Notes under the pieces: generated by a model | What the model was told of the DNA's origin: nothing | Databases searched by the model: none | What the model saw: only the letters and a program-made list of their open reading frames with translations | Position numbers and translations under genes: made by a program | Shown here: one piece after another, positions 9,207 through 18,703 of the stretch | Layout: the number at the start of each line of letters is the position of its first letter | Numbering within the stretch: the stretch's first letter is position 1 | Assembly (NCBI GenBank): GCA_037441285.1 | Contig: JBBISL010000001.1 | Coordinates: forward strand, 88,899-152,898 | DNA length: 64,000 bases | Origin: a candidate division WOR-3 bacterium | Lineage (GTDB): Bacteria; Hydrothermota; Tepidihabitantia; Tepidihabitantales; Tepidihabitantaceae | Direction of reading: 5' to 3'

Positions 9207-10304
9207 ATGAAAGTCGCATTTCCCTATATGGGAGATATCCATCTGGTGTTGGAACCGATTTTACGTACCCTCGGCGCTGATGTAGTTGTTCCGCCCGAAC
9301 CAAATAAAAATACCGTAGCAATCGGCACCCAGCTTGCTCCTGAAACCATCTGTCTTCCCTTTAAAATTACATTGGGTAATATGCTAAACGCACTAAAATC
9401 AGGCGCTGACACTTTAGTGTATGTAAGCGGTTCGTGGTCCTGCCGATTTGGTTACTACGGCCGGCTGCAGGCTGACATTTTACACGACTTAGGGTATCGG
9501 TTCCGGTTAATTGAACTGCGTCGTGACCGTATCCAAGAAATTGTCAGGACGGTGGTCGAATTAAACAATGGTAGTTTATCTCGGGCAGTTACCAGAACCT
9601 TTAAGGCGTTTCGATTGGGATGGTGGAAAGCGATGACATTGGAGAAAACTTACAAAGCGCTCCGAGAAACGCTTCCGTTAGTAAAACAACCTGAAAGGTG
9701 CCACCGACTTTTCGACGAAATTATGAATGAAATTACCCGAGCCCAAGCGGTAAAAGAGTTACAGGATATCTCAGCATCAATTGCCCACCGTTTTGGAAAC
9801 CTACCGCGAAACGGCCGGACCAGTGTTCTCAAAATCAAACTAATCGGCGAAAGTTACTGCACGATAGAACCGTTTGCTAATTTTAATATTATAAAACGCG
9901 TAGGGGAGATGGGAGGCATTCTCGAGCCGTTTCTTACTGCTCCGCGCTGGCTCGGGTTTCACGGCTTCCGGATTGGCAAAAATGAAATAACCTTCGTCCA
10001 GAATACGGCAAAAAATTATTGGCGCTATTGTGTGGGCGGAGAAGATGCCAACTCGGTGGGGCATATGATTCTTGCCCCTCGCGAAGGTTACGATGGTGTA
10101 ATTCATATCCATCCTTTTGCGTGTATGCCCAGCACCGTAGTACAGCCGACCCTTATGAAAATCAGCCAGGAGTACAACATTCCCTTTCTCTCCCTTTCTG
10201 TAGATGAGCATACCAGCGAGGCTGGTTTTATCACTCGTCTCGAAGCATTTATTTCTCTTTTGGAACGAAGAAGGGCATTGGCCAAGAAATCTTTGACAGA
10301 TTAA
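9207..10304 (+). CDS. 2-hydroxyacyl-CoA dehydratase-like Fe-S subunit
   Basis: ICLPFKITLGN, CRFGYY, PFACMP, DEHTSEAGFITRLEAF. Confidence 0.8.
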   Translation: MKVAFPYMGDIHLVLEPILRTLGADVVVPPEPNKNTVAIGTQLAPETICLPFKITLGNMLNALKSGADTLVYVSGSWSCRFGYYGRLQADILHDLGYRFRLIELRRDRIQEIVRTVVELNNGSLSRAVTRTFKAFRLGWWKAMTLEKTYKALRETLPLVKQPERCHRLFDEIMNEITRAQAVKELQDISASIAHRFGNLPRNGRTSVLKIKLIGESYCTIEPFANFNIIKRVGEMGGILEPFLTAPRWLGFHGFRIGKNEITFVQNTAKNYWRYCVGGEDANSVGHMILAPREGYDGVIHIHPFACMPSTVVQPTLMKISQEYNIPFLSLSVDEHTSEAGFITRLEAFISLLERRRALAKKSLTD

Positions 10305-10340
10305 AGAGTTCCTCTATAATTTAAAGAAAAGAAGGTAAAA

Positions 10341-11297
10341 ATGAAATTTGTGTATTCAGAACGGTATCGATTTGATGTTGGAGTTCATGTATTTCCCACT
10401 GAAAAGTACAAAATGGTCCGCGAAGGGTTATTAGCAGAAGGCCTTGCCCGCGTTGAAGATTTTGTTGAACCACCAGAGCCTTCTGTTGATGACATTCGTC
10501 TCGTGCATACCAAGGAGTACGTTGATGACCTACTGAACCTCCGCTGGACCGCACGCACGGTGCGTTCGGAATTACCTCTTACCTGGGAAATTGTCCAGGG
10601 GTTTTTCCTTCATGCATCAGGGACAATTCTTGCCTGTCAACTCGCATTAAATGATGGCGTAGCAATGAATATCGGCGGCGGCTTTCATCATGCATTCGCG
10701 GAACATGGAGAAGGTTTTTGCTACATTAACGATATTGCGGTAGCGATTAAAAAACTTCAAAAAGACGGTAAGCTGGAAAGGGCCGCGGTAATTGATTGTG
10801 ACTTACATCAAGGAAATGGAACCGCCCGGATTTTTCAAAATGATCCCCGGGTCTACACTTTTTCTATTCACCAGGAGCATCTTTACCCAATCAAAGAACG
10901 TTCGGACTGGGATATTGGACTCGAAGACGAAACCGGAGACGAAGAGTATAATCGTTTAATGAAGGAAGCGGTTCCCAAAATTATCTCAGAACATCGCCCT
11001 CAACTGGTTGTCTACGTGGCAGGAGCCGACCCTTATTTCAACGACCAGTTAGGAACCTTAAAATTGACAAAACGCGGCCTTGCCTTAAGAGACCGAATTG
11101 TTCTGGAACACTGCCATAAGGCTGGTATACCGGTTGCAACAGTTCTTGCCGGGGGATATGCCCTTGATACCAAAGACACTGCCGAAATCCATATTAACAC
11201 GGCGAAAGAATGCCTTAGAGTGCTCGGCCAGCTGCCATCTAAATTAACAGAAGAAAGCCGCTCTAATCCCAACGAATCAGAAACCGCCAGCGCTTGA
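10341..11297 (+). CDS. histone deacetylase family zinc amidohydrolase
   Basis: GGGFHHA, GFCYIND, DCDLHQGNG, GADP..D, LAGGY; promoter TTGACA-16-TATAAT at 10293-10320. Confidence 0.93.
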   Translation: MKFVYSERYRFDVGVHVFPTEKYKMVREGLLAEGLARVEDFVEPPEPSVDDIRLVHTKEYVDDLLNLRWTARTVRSELPLTWEIVQGFFLHASGTILACQLALNDGVAMNIGGGFHHAFAEHGEGFCYINDIAVAIKKLQKDGKLERAAVIDCDLHQGNGTARIFQNDPRVYTFSIHQEHLYPIKERSDWDIGLEDETGDEEYNRLMKEAVPKIISEHRPQLVVYVAGADPYFNDQLGTLKLTKRGLALRDRIVLEHCHKAGIPVATVLAGGYALDTKDTAEIHINTAKECLRVLGQLPSKLTEESRSNPNESETASA

Positions 11298-12484
11298 ATC
11301 GTTATTCTGGCTCTGGGGAAAGCAATCGCCCGCGGTCAAGACATATTTGTATGATAACCTCGTCGCATCCGGTTGAATATAGTAGATTCTGGGACCGAGA
11401 AGCTCATTCGCTCCATCGGAATGGTTATCAGGTTACACTAATTGGATTGGGAAAAGAATTCAAGGTGGAATATCCTGACGGTATCAAAACTGTTTCAGTT
11501 CCGGCACGACAGCACTGGGACAAAATTGCTCTTCTCAAAGATATCGCCCGGCTGGCTTTACAAGAAAGTGCCGATGTCTATCAATGCCTCGACCCCTGGT
11601 GTCTGGCTATTGGTCTCTGGTTAAAACGGTTTTTCCCCCACATTCATCTTGTATATGAATCAAGCGAATGGTTTCCCCAAACATATCTTGATCGGCAAGA
11701 CCTTCCATTCCCCTTGCGCTGGCTGAGCTGGTTATTGGTCAGTTATCTGGAATACACCGCAAGTTCCCGGGCCGAGGCGATTATTGAAACTAATTATACA
11801 AGAGCACACCGTTTTGTGCGACGCGGTCGAGTTCCGATTCAGGTTCCCAATTATCCTCCGCTCGAACGCATCGGAACCCCCTTAGAAAAACGGAACCCCT
11901 GGTTTGTTTATACCGGGCTCGTATGTCGCCCCCGTGGTTTTGACCGGCTTCTTAAGGCGCTGGCACTGGTTATTAAACAAGGCTTTCATGAAGTAAAATT
12001 GATCGTCAGGGGTGAATTTGACCAGCGCGATGATATTGAAATATGGACAAAGGAGTACATAAATCGTCAGGCACTAACTGATAATGTGGTTTTTCTCCCA
12101 GCAATCCCGTCTTATGCAGGGGTATTTGATATTATAAAACCCTGTCTCGCAGGGCTAATTTTATTTCAACCGAAGCGGGGAAATGACTGGACCAATCAAC
12201 CCAACAAGCTTTTCGAGTTCATGGGCTGTGGCTTATCGGTTATCGCCAGTAATTTTCCGGAAATTGCCCGAGTAGTAAACGAATCAAAATGTGGATGGCT
12301 TGTCGACCCCACTCAACCCGAAGCGATTGCCGAAGCAATGGTTGCTGTTCTTGAAAAACCGGCAGACAGTATCGAGCGAGGTCTGGCGGGTCGAAAAGCG
12401 GTAGAGGAAAAATACAACTGGGGCGTTGCGGAAAAATCATTGTTGGATATGTACCATGCTATTTTCTCAAAAACCGGGGGTTAA
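11294..12484 (+). CDS. glycosyltransferase family 4
   Basis: HICMITSSHP N-terminus, PNKLFEFMGCGLSVIAS, KYNW; start uncertain. Confidence 0.88.
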   Translation: MNRYSGSGESNRPRSRHICMITSSHPVEYSRFWDREAHSLHRNGYQVTLIGLGKEFKVEYPDGIKTVSVPARQHWDKIALLKDIARLALQESADVYQCLDPWCLAIGLWLKRFFPHIHLVYESSEWFPQTYLDRQDLPFPLRWLSWLLVSYLEYTASSRAEAIIETNYTRAHRFVRRGRVPIQVPNYPPLERIGTPLEKRNPWFVYTGLVCRPRGFDRLLKALALVIKQGFHEVKLIVRGEFDQRDDIEIWTKEYINRQALTDNVVFLPAIPSYAGVFDIIKPCLAGLILFQPKRGNDWTNQPNKLFEFMGCGLSVIASNFPEIARVVNESKCGWLVDPTQPEAIAEAMVAVLEKPADSIERGLAGRKAVEEKYNWGVAEKSLLDMYHAIFSKTGG

Positions 12485-12487
12485 AAA

Positions 12488-13996
12488 TTGGTATTATTGA
12501 AAAAGCCGGACAATCATCTTGAAGATTTACTGAAACGAGAAGGAATACTGTATCAGTTAAACAACCGAACCGGTAAATATCTATTTATCACCCAGACTGC
12601 AAACCAATTAATAATATCTAATTTCCCGGACGTTCCCACCGAAATCAAATCTTGCTTAAGAAAAATAAAATACATTGCCCCTGATAAATCAGGACTTCTT
12701 GATAAAGTAGGAATCGTTGATATAAACGCTCACTGCCTGATTCCGGAGTTAGCAAATATTGGTATCAGTGACCGAGGGTCCAATGTGCTTTATTTAACCG
12801 AAGTTTTAGGTCAAGGAAAATGGCTTGTGATACCATTTTCTTTAAATGAATTGTTAAAACATCGAGGAATAACGCCTAAAAAATTTTGGGCTCGAGCCTC
12901 CCGTCTTCCTTATGAGGATGTTGCCTTTACTGATAGAGGAGGAGTCCGCAGGTTATTTCTCGCCTGTCTCAAGCATCTCTGGGAGTTAAACAATCTCCCT
13001 TTTGTGAAAATTTCATGTAACCCGGGCATGTTTCTCTCGACATTTGCCTTCCGCGTGGATACAGATTACAGTTCCCCGACTTTAATCGAAAAGTCTTTGA
13101 GGTTATCAGAAAAAGTTGGGATGCGCTGGACCTGGTTTGTTACTACGGGCGATAAACCCGCTCAACTTAAAGCAATAATAAACATTCTCAAAGGACAGGA
13201 TATTCAACTACACTGCCATCGCCATCAGGTTTATGCCGATGTTGCGCAAAATAAGGCAAATTACGCTGAAGGCAAAGAAATACTGAGTCGATTGGGAATA
13301 TCACCCCTTGGCGTTGCTGCACCCTTTGGCGAATGGAACGAAAACCTGCAACAAGCATTTGCCGAACTTGGTTTTAAATACTCCTCAGAGTTTGGCTATT
13401 CATATGACGACCTGCCCGAGCGACCATTAGTGAATGGACAGCGCAGTGCGGTACTGCAAATTCCCATACATCCAATTTCATTAGGAAGGCTTGCCGAAGC
13501 GAAAATGGAGCGAAAAAAAATATTTGACTATTATGCCCGAATAATAGATTTGCAATGTTCCCGTTTAGAGCCCTGCTTTCTTTATGACCATCCAAAGTGG
13601 ATCGTATACTATGAAGATGTCCTTAAAGACATCTTACAATACGGATTAGAACGATGTGGCAACTGGGTCACACTAACCGACTACTGCCACTGGTGGCAAC
13701 TTCGCGAATCGGTTAATTATCAGTTGCAGTTCAAAGACGGCGGATTTGACTTAACAGTCGAACAAGCCATTCCGGAAATTAGTTTAGTCATAGAACATAG
13801 TAATCAAATTGCTTTCGTGCCAATTAAAAACCAGCCAACATGCTGGAACGAACTAAAGTGGATTGAAACTCCTCGAGTTAAGAAGTTTAACTCATATGAG
13901 TTATACACTCGGCGGGCAGATTTAATGATGCAAATAAAGAGGAGATTGCAAAACTACCGCAGAAGGATAAAAAACAGCGCACATCCAATATCATGA
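12488..13996 (+). CDS. polysaccharide deacetylase family protein
   Basis: FRVDTD, QLHCHRH, AAPFG, YSS motifs of the NodB/CE4-like fold. Confidence 0.7.
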   Translation: MVLLKKPDNHLEDLLKREGILYQLNNRTGKYLFITQTANQLIISNFPDVPTEIKSCLRKIKYIAPDKSGLLDKVGIVDINAHCLIPELANIGISDRGSNVLYLTEVLGQGKWLVIPFSLNELLKHRGITPKKFWARASRLPYEDVAFTDRGGVRRLFLACLKHLWELNNLPFVKISCNPGMFLSTFAFRVDTDYSSPTLIEKSLRLSEKVGMRWTWFVTTGDKPAQLKAIINILKGQDIQLHCHRHQVYADVAQNKANYAEGKEILSRLGISPLGVAAPFGEWNENLQQAFAELGFKYSSEFGYSYDDLPERPLVNGQRSAVLQIPIHPISLGRLAEAKMERKKIFDYYARIIDLQCSRLEPCFLYDHPKWIVYYEDVLKDILQYGLERCGNWVTLTDYCHWWQLRESVNYQLQFKDGGFDLTVEQAIPEISLVIEHSNQIAFVPIKNQPTCWNELKWIETPRVKKFNSYELYTRRADLMMQIKRRLQNYRRRIKNSAHPIS

Positions 13997-15021
13997 AGAT
14001 TTTACTTGGCTCTTTCTCGGCAATTACAACCCTTGGTGGAGGAGTTGAAACACAGGTGCGTTCTTTGGCTAACGCCCTGATTCAAAAGGGAACAGAGGTT
14101 GAATTGTTTGACCCCTGGAAAAGATACAATCTAAAAGAGTACGCCTTTTTTCATCTTTTCGGGGCCAATCTCGGAACTTACCATTTAGGGCGGTCAATAA
14201 AAAACACCGGGATGAAGCTCGTTGTAACACCCATATTTTACAGCCGAAGTAGGCCTAAAAAATTGAGATTTAATCTAATGCTCGGTACCGGCTTACGCAA
14301 ATATGGTGGTTTCTGGTCAGAACACATTTTCTGCAAAGAGCTGTGCGAAATGGCGGACCTGGTAATCGTCAATACAAAAGCAGAATTAAATTTGATTGAA
14401 AAAGGTTTAGGTGTACCAAGGGAAAAAATGCAAATAGTACCCAACGGGGCTGATCAAAGATTTGCCAATGCATCGCCCGAACTTTTTATAAAGGAACATA
14501 AAATCCAAAACTTCGTGCTTTATGTAGGGCATATTGGATGGGGGAGAAAGAATGTATTACCATTGCTTAAAGTTTTACGCAAAACAGGATTAAAAGCGGT
14601 TCTGATTGGACCGGTATTAAACAACGCATATGGGCTTCAATGCCTTAAAATCGTTTCCAACACGCCAACAATAAAACTTATTAGGGGTTTGGCCAACGAT
14701 TCCCCAATACTGGAATCGGCTTATGCGGCATGTGACACATTCGTTCTGCCATCTTTATACGAAACACCGGGTTTAGCAGCACTGGAAGCCGCTTTAGCCG
14801 GCGCAAAGATATGCATAACTAAGTACGGTGGTACCACAGAGTATTTTGGCGAATACGCAACCTACCTTGAACCCAAAAAAGAAAAATCCATCGAAGAAGC
14901 CCTGCTTACAACTGTTAACAAACCAAAAACCACCGCGCTCCAAAAACATATAAAAGAAAATTTCACCTGGGACAAATGCGCAGCAAAACTTTTAGATGTT
15001 TATACCCAGCACTTTAAGTAA
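13993..15021 (+). CDS. glycosyltransferase family 4
   Basis: GGGVETQ, IVPNGAD, FVLPSLYETPGLAALEA, FTWD. Confidence 0.9.
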   Translation: MKILLGSFSAITTLGGGVETQVRSLANALIQKGTEVELFDPWKRYNLKEYAFFHLFGANLGTYHLGRSIKNTGMKLVVTPIFYSRSRPKKLRFNLMLGTGLRKYGGFWSEHIFCKELCEMADLVIVNTKAELNLIEKGLGVPREKMQIVPNGADQRFANASPELFIKEHKIQNFVLYVGHIGWGRKNVLPLLKVLRKTGLKAVLIGPVLNNAYGLQCLKIVSNTPTIKLIRGLANDSPILESAYAACDTFVLPSLYETPGLAALEAALAGAKICITKYGGTTEYFGEYATYLEPKKEKSIEEALLTTVNKPKTTALQKHIKENFTWDKCAAKLLDVYTQHFK

Positions 15022-15086
15022 GAGAGGAGACCAGAATTCCCAACACCGTAGAATCGAATTCCCTTAGTTTTTCTCAAAGAAAATTT

Positions 15087-15114
15087 AGTTTACATAATAA
15101 ATATTATCAGAAGA
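15087..15114 (-). other. dif: dif-like Xer recombination site
   Basis: Minus strand reads TCTTCTGATAA-TATTTA-TTATGTAAACT: 11-6-11 layout with an XerD-type arm; intergenic between convergent genes. Confidence 0.8.
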
Positions 15115-15151
15115 GGTGTAAATTGTAAATAATCCCGCTGGCTTGCTTTCT

Positions 15152-15511
15152 CTAAAATTTGAACCAGTTAGCCGCGAGGTTGCCAAGTATCGGCATTTTC
15201 CAGTACTTGCCGCTTGCTGCATTGATTATGCCCATTATTATCATTACGACAATGTACACGTAGACGACGAATGTCACAATCCATCCGATGAACGGAATCC
15301 AGCCAATAATCCAAATTGCAATGCTTAATATGGTAAGAATAATGCCCTGCTTTACATGGAACTTGCAAAATGCGTTGTCTTTCATCGCCAGCAGCGGTAC
15401 TAACCACAGTAGCCATAAGTAAGACAACCAGGCTAATCCTTTGCCTTTTTCAATATCGTCATCCGGGGTGCTTGCGGGCATCTGTTCTACCTTTTTTTCT
15501 TCCTCTGCCAT
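15152..15511 (-). CDS. DUF4870-like small membrane protein
   Basis: LAWLSYL...FCKFHVKQG...GIINAASGKYWKMPILG; SD AAGGAGG. Confidence 0.8.
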   Translation of the reverse strand: MAEEEKKVEQMPASTPDDDIEKGKGLAWLSYLWLLWLVPLLAMKDNAFCKFHVKQGIILTILSIAIWIIGWIPFIGWIVTFVVYVYIVVMIIMGIINAASGKYWKMPILGNLAANWFKF

Positions 15512-15530
15512 TTTTCCTCCTTTGCGTTAT

Positions 15531-15944
15531 TTACTTTTCTCCGCGCAACCGGTCTATGTAACCACTTAGGATTGGAATACGCCAGTAACGACCGGCTGCT
15601 GCCTGCACCATACCAGCAATAGATAATATTATATACAGCAAAGAAATTACCGTGCCTACCAAATAATGAAATGTCCAGGCCGCGGCTTTAAAAATGAAAC
15701 CGATAAATATAACATTCCCAAGAACTTTCCCGAGAATTAAATCAAGAATGTAAACACATAGCCAGAAAATGGTTAATGTGCATATCAGTATTACACTCTG
15801 AATACCGTGAAAACGGCAAAAATTATCCCGGGGTCGCACTAAGAGTGGCAAGAAGAACAGCATCGGAATGTAACCTAACGCGGCAAGTAGTTTTCCTTCC
15901 TGGGAAACGGCTTGATATTGTTCTGGCGTGTCTCGCATTTCCAT
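15531..15944 (-). CDS. DUF4870-like small membrane protein (tandem paralog)
   Basis: LAALGYI...FCRFHGIQS...QAAAGRYWRIPILS; promoter TTGACA-16-TATAAT-8nt-ATG. Confidence 0.78.
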   Translation of the reverse strand: MEMRDTPEQYQAVSQEGKLLAALGYIPMLFFLPLLVRPRDNFCRFHGIQSVILICTLTIFWLCVYILDLILGKVLGNVIFIGFIFKAAAWTFHYLVGTVISLLYIILSIAGMVQAAAGRYWRIPILSGYIDRLRGEK

Positions 15945-16098
15945 TTGAATTGATTATACCAAATTGAATCAAGCTGTCAAAATTCAATTATTAAACAGTT
16001 TTTCCCCTTTATCGCCTGCCTGCCCTATGAACTAACTTGCTTAATTTTCAAATAAGTTCAACTGCTTGACTTGTACCGAGAACTTTTTAACATTTCCT

Positions 16099-16890
16099 AT
16101 GATTAAAGATGTTGAAATTTCAAGGGCAATCATCGAACGCTGGACCGAAAAGTTTATAAATAGTCTTGAAAATGATGTAGTAATTGTTGGGGCAGGACCA
16201 TCTGGTTTAACTGCTGCCTGGAAACTTGCCGAAAAGGGGTTAAAGGTAACTGTTTTTGAACGAGCACTCAAACCGGGCGGCGGCTTACCAGGTGGTGGAA
16301 TGATGTTCTCTGACATCGTCGTACAAAAAGAAGCAACTGAAATCCTGCAACAATTGGGCGTGAGTTTTATTGAACAACGGCCGGGCTATTTTGTGGTTGA
16401 TGCGAACGAAACCCTTGGTGCATTGCTCGTTAAAGTTTACCGCTCCGGAGTAAAATTGTTTAATCTTATTAGCGCTGAAGATATCGTGCTGATTGGCGAC
16501 CGCGTTCAGGGGCTGGTGTTAAATTGGACTGCGGTAGAAATGGCAAAACTACATGTCGACCCGCTTACGATATATTCTAAGGTTGTCGTTGATGCTACGG
16601 GCCACGCCGCCGAGGTTGTAAATCATCTTATCCGCAAGGCAAAAGTCCGGCTGGCAACCCCTTCCGGGACAATAGAAGGAGAGCGGCCCATGTGGGCCGA
16701 CGAAGCGGAAAGATTAACTCTTATCAACACACAAGAGATTTTCCCGGGCCTCTGGGTAACAGGAATGGCGGCAAACGCTGTATTTGGCGGACCGCGCATG
16801 GGTCCAATCTTCGGTGGAATGTTCCTTTCCGGTGTCAAAGTTGCCGAAGACATCGCGCATTTCTTAAAGAGCAATGCAACAATACCGTAA
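16099..16890 (+). CDS. thi4: sulfide-dependent adenosine diphosphate thiazole synthase (Thi4 family)
   Basis: VGAGPSGL, GGGMMF, LHVDP, DATGH, GPRMGPIFGGMFLSG; start moved to ATG 16099 because the TTG at 16066 is the -35 box. Confidence 0.93.
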   Translation: MIKDVEISRAIIERWTEKFINSLENDVVIVGAGPSGLTAAWKLAEKGLKVTVFERALKPGGGLPGGGMMFSDIVVQKEATEILQQLGVSFIEQRPGYFVVDANETLGALLVKVYRSGVKLFNLISAEDIVLIGDRVQGLVLNWTAVEMAKLHVDPLTIYSKVVVDATGHAAEVVNHLIRKAKVRLATPSGTIEGERPMWADEAERLTLINTQEIFPGLWVTGMAANAVFGGPRMGPIFGGMFLSGVKVAEDIAHFLKSNATIP

Positions 16891-17356
16891 ATTACTTCTT
16901 TTTCTTTTGCAACTGTTCATTGCTTGCGGTTATTCGACCCGCTCTCTTCTCCCCTCTCATTTGAAAACCGTTGCCCTTGGTTCAATTGAAAACTCTTCAA
17001 CCCAACCGGGCTTAGCCGAAGAACTGACTTTCGCCCTTCCCAAAGCATTTAATCTTGACCGTTCGCTCCGCGTTACCAGTGTTGAACAAGCCCACTTACT
17101 TTTGACGGCAGTTATTACTAACTACTCCAGAACTGCGGCGGCGTATAACTCCAACCAGGAAGTGTCCACCTATGAAATAAGTATCACCGCCAATGTTGAA
17201 GTTATTGACCAAATTAGAAACGAGCCCTTTTTTAACGGAAGTATATCAAGCCGTGTTTCCTATAATCCAGAAAGTAGTTCGGAAGAGGAGGTGGCTAAAA
17301 AAGCAATTGAAAAGCTTGCCCAAGAGATTGTACGGCAAGTGATTACCGCATGGTAA
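16874..17356 (+). CDS. lptE: LptE-family lipoprotein
   Basis: Lipobox FIAC-GYS, LPSHLKTV, N.S.QPGL.EELT, ends in W. Confidence 0.75.
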   Translation: MQQYRKLLLFLLQLFIACGYSTRSLLPSHLKTVALGSIENSSTQPGLAEELTFALPKAFNLDRSLRVTSVEQAHLLLTAVITNYSRTAAAYNSNQEVSTYEISITANVEVIDQIRNEPFFNGSISSRVSYNPESSSEEEVAKKAIEKLAQEIVRQVITAW

Positions 17357-18699
17357 AGCATTCATCCTCCCCACCTTCAACCGGTGATAGAGTTGAAATG
17401 TTTGTTGACCGTATTGTTGCCGGTGGCACCGGCCTTGCTGACTTAAATGGATGGAAGGTGTTTATTCCGTATGCCGCACCCCAGGAAAGAGTTGTGGCAC
17501 AGATCGTCATAAGAAAAAGGGATTACGGCATTGCCCGGATAAAAGAAATATTAGAACCATCCCCCTTTCGCGTTTCCGCCCCCTGTCCGTATTACGAAAA
17601 ATGCGGTGGTTGCCATTTACAACACATTATTTACGAAGAGCAACTGGTAATTAAAAAATTGCTGGTAAATGATGCCTTACAAAGGATTGGCAAAATTTTT
17701 GTTCCGGTTGCTAACATTAATTCCCCATCGACCCCATGGCGTTATCGCAACAAGACCCAATACCCTGTTTCCGGCAGCACAAAAAAAATTCGAATTGGAT
17801 TCTACCAGAGGCAGAGCCATCGGGTAATCGATATCCCGGATTGTCTACTTCATCCTGAAGAGTTCAATTTGTTGCGTAAAAAAACATACGATGCCTTTGT
17901 TAAATTCGGCGAAACCCCGTATAACGAAATACAACAGTCAGGGAATATCCGACACCTGGTAATGCGCCAGGGTACAAACGGCGAAATACTCTTAATTGTG
18001 GTAACGAGGACCAAAGATATAAACCCGCAAGTTATTTCTTATCTGTCTGATTTCCCCTCTCTTTCTGGAATCGTTCAGAATATAAATCCGCTACCGACGA
18101 ATAAAATTCTTGATAATGATCGTATTGTCCTCTGGGGAAAGGAATATATCACGATAAAAATTCTCGAGAAAGAGTTTCGGGTTTCTGCCAGTTCATTTTT
18201 CCAGGTTAATGCTCCTGAAGCCGAGGCACTCTGTTCGAAAGTAATTCAGGCAATTAACCCGCAGGGCGATGAGGTTGTACTCGACTTGTTCTGCGGGGTT
18301 GGGTTGATCAGTTTACTGCTGGCAGAAAGGGTTCGGAAAGTTATCGGCATCGAAATCGCACAAAACGCAGTTGCTGATGCCCGTTTCAATACTAAGCATC
18401 TCGGTATCACCAATGCCGAGTTCATTCAGGGTGATGTCGACGCCATCTTAAAAAAAATCGAGCATGCCGATGTAATTGTCGTTGACCCTCCGCGTAAAGG
18501 GTGTTCTGCCAGTACCATTTCGCGCATCGTTGACCTGTCTCCCCGAATATTAATTTATATCTCCTGCAACCCGGCGACGCTGGCGCGCGACCTTGCCCTT
18601 CTGGAAAATTCGGGTTATTCTTGTATATCGGTTGAACCATTAGATATGTTTCCCCAAACTGCCCATGTCGAGGTCGTAGCAAAGGTTATCCGAAAGTAA
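17350..18699 (+). CDS. rlmD: 23S rRNA m5U1939 methyltransferase
   Basis: TRAM domain, CPYYEKCGGC Fe-S motif, SFFQVN, DPPRKG, ISCNPATLARD, DMFPQTAHVE. Confidence 0.93.
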   Translation: MVKHSSSPPSTGDRVEMFVDRIVAGGTGLADLNGWKVFIPYAAPQERVVAQIVIRKRDYGIARIKEILEPSPFRVSAPCPYYEKCGGCHLQHIIYEEQLVIKKLLVNDALQRIGKIFVPVANINSPSTPWRYRNKTQYPVSGSTKKIRIGFYQRQSHRVIDIPDCLLHPEEFNLLRKKTYDAFVKFGETPYNEIQQSGNIRHLVMRQGTNGEILLIVVTRTKDINPQVISYLSDFPSLSGIVQNINPLPTNKILDNDRIVLWGKEYITIKILEKEFRVSASSFFQVNAPEAEALCSKVIQAINPQGDEVVLDLFCGVGLISLLLAERVRKVIGIEIAQNAVADARFNTKHLGITNAEFIQGDVDAILKKIEHADVIVVDPPRKGCSASTISRIVDLSPRILIYISCNPATLARDLALLENSGYSCISVEPLDMFPQTAHVEVVAKVIRK

Positions 18700-18703
18700 C
18701 GCA

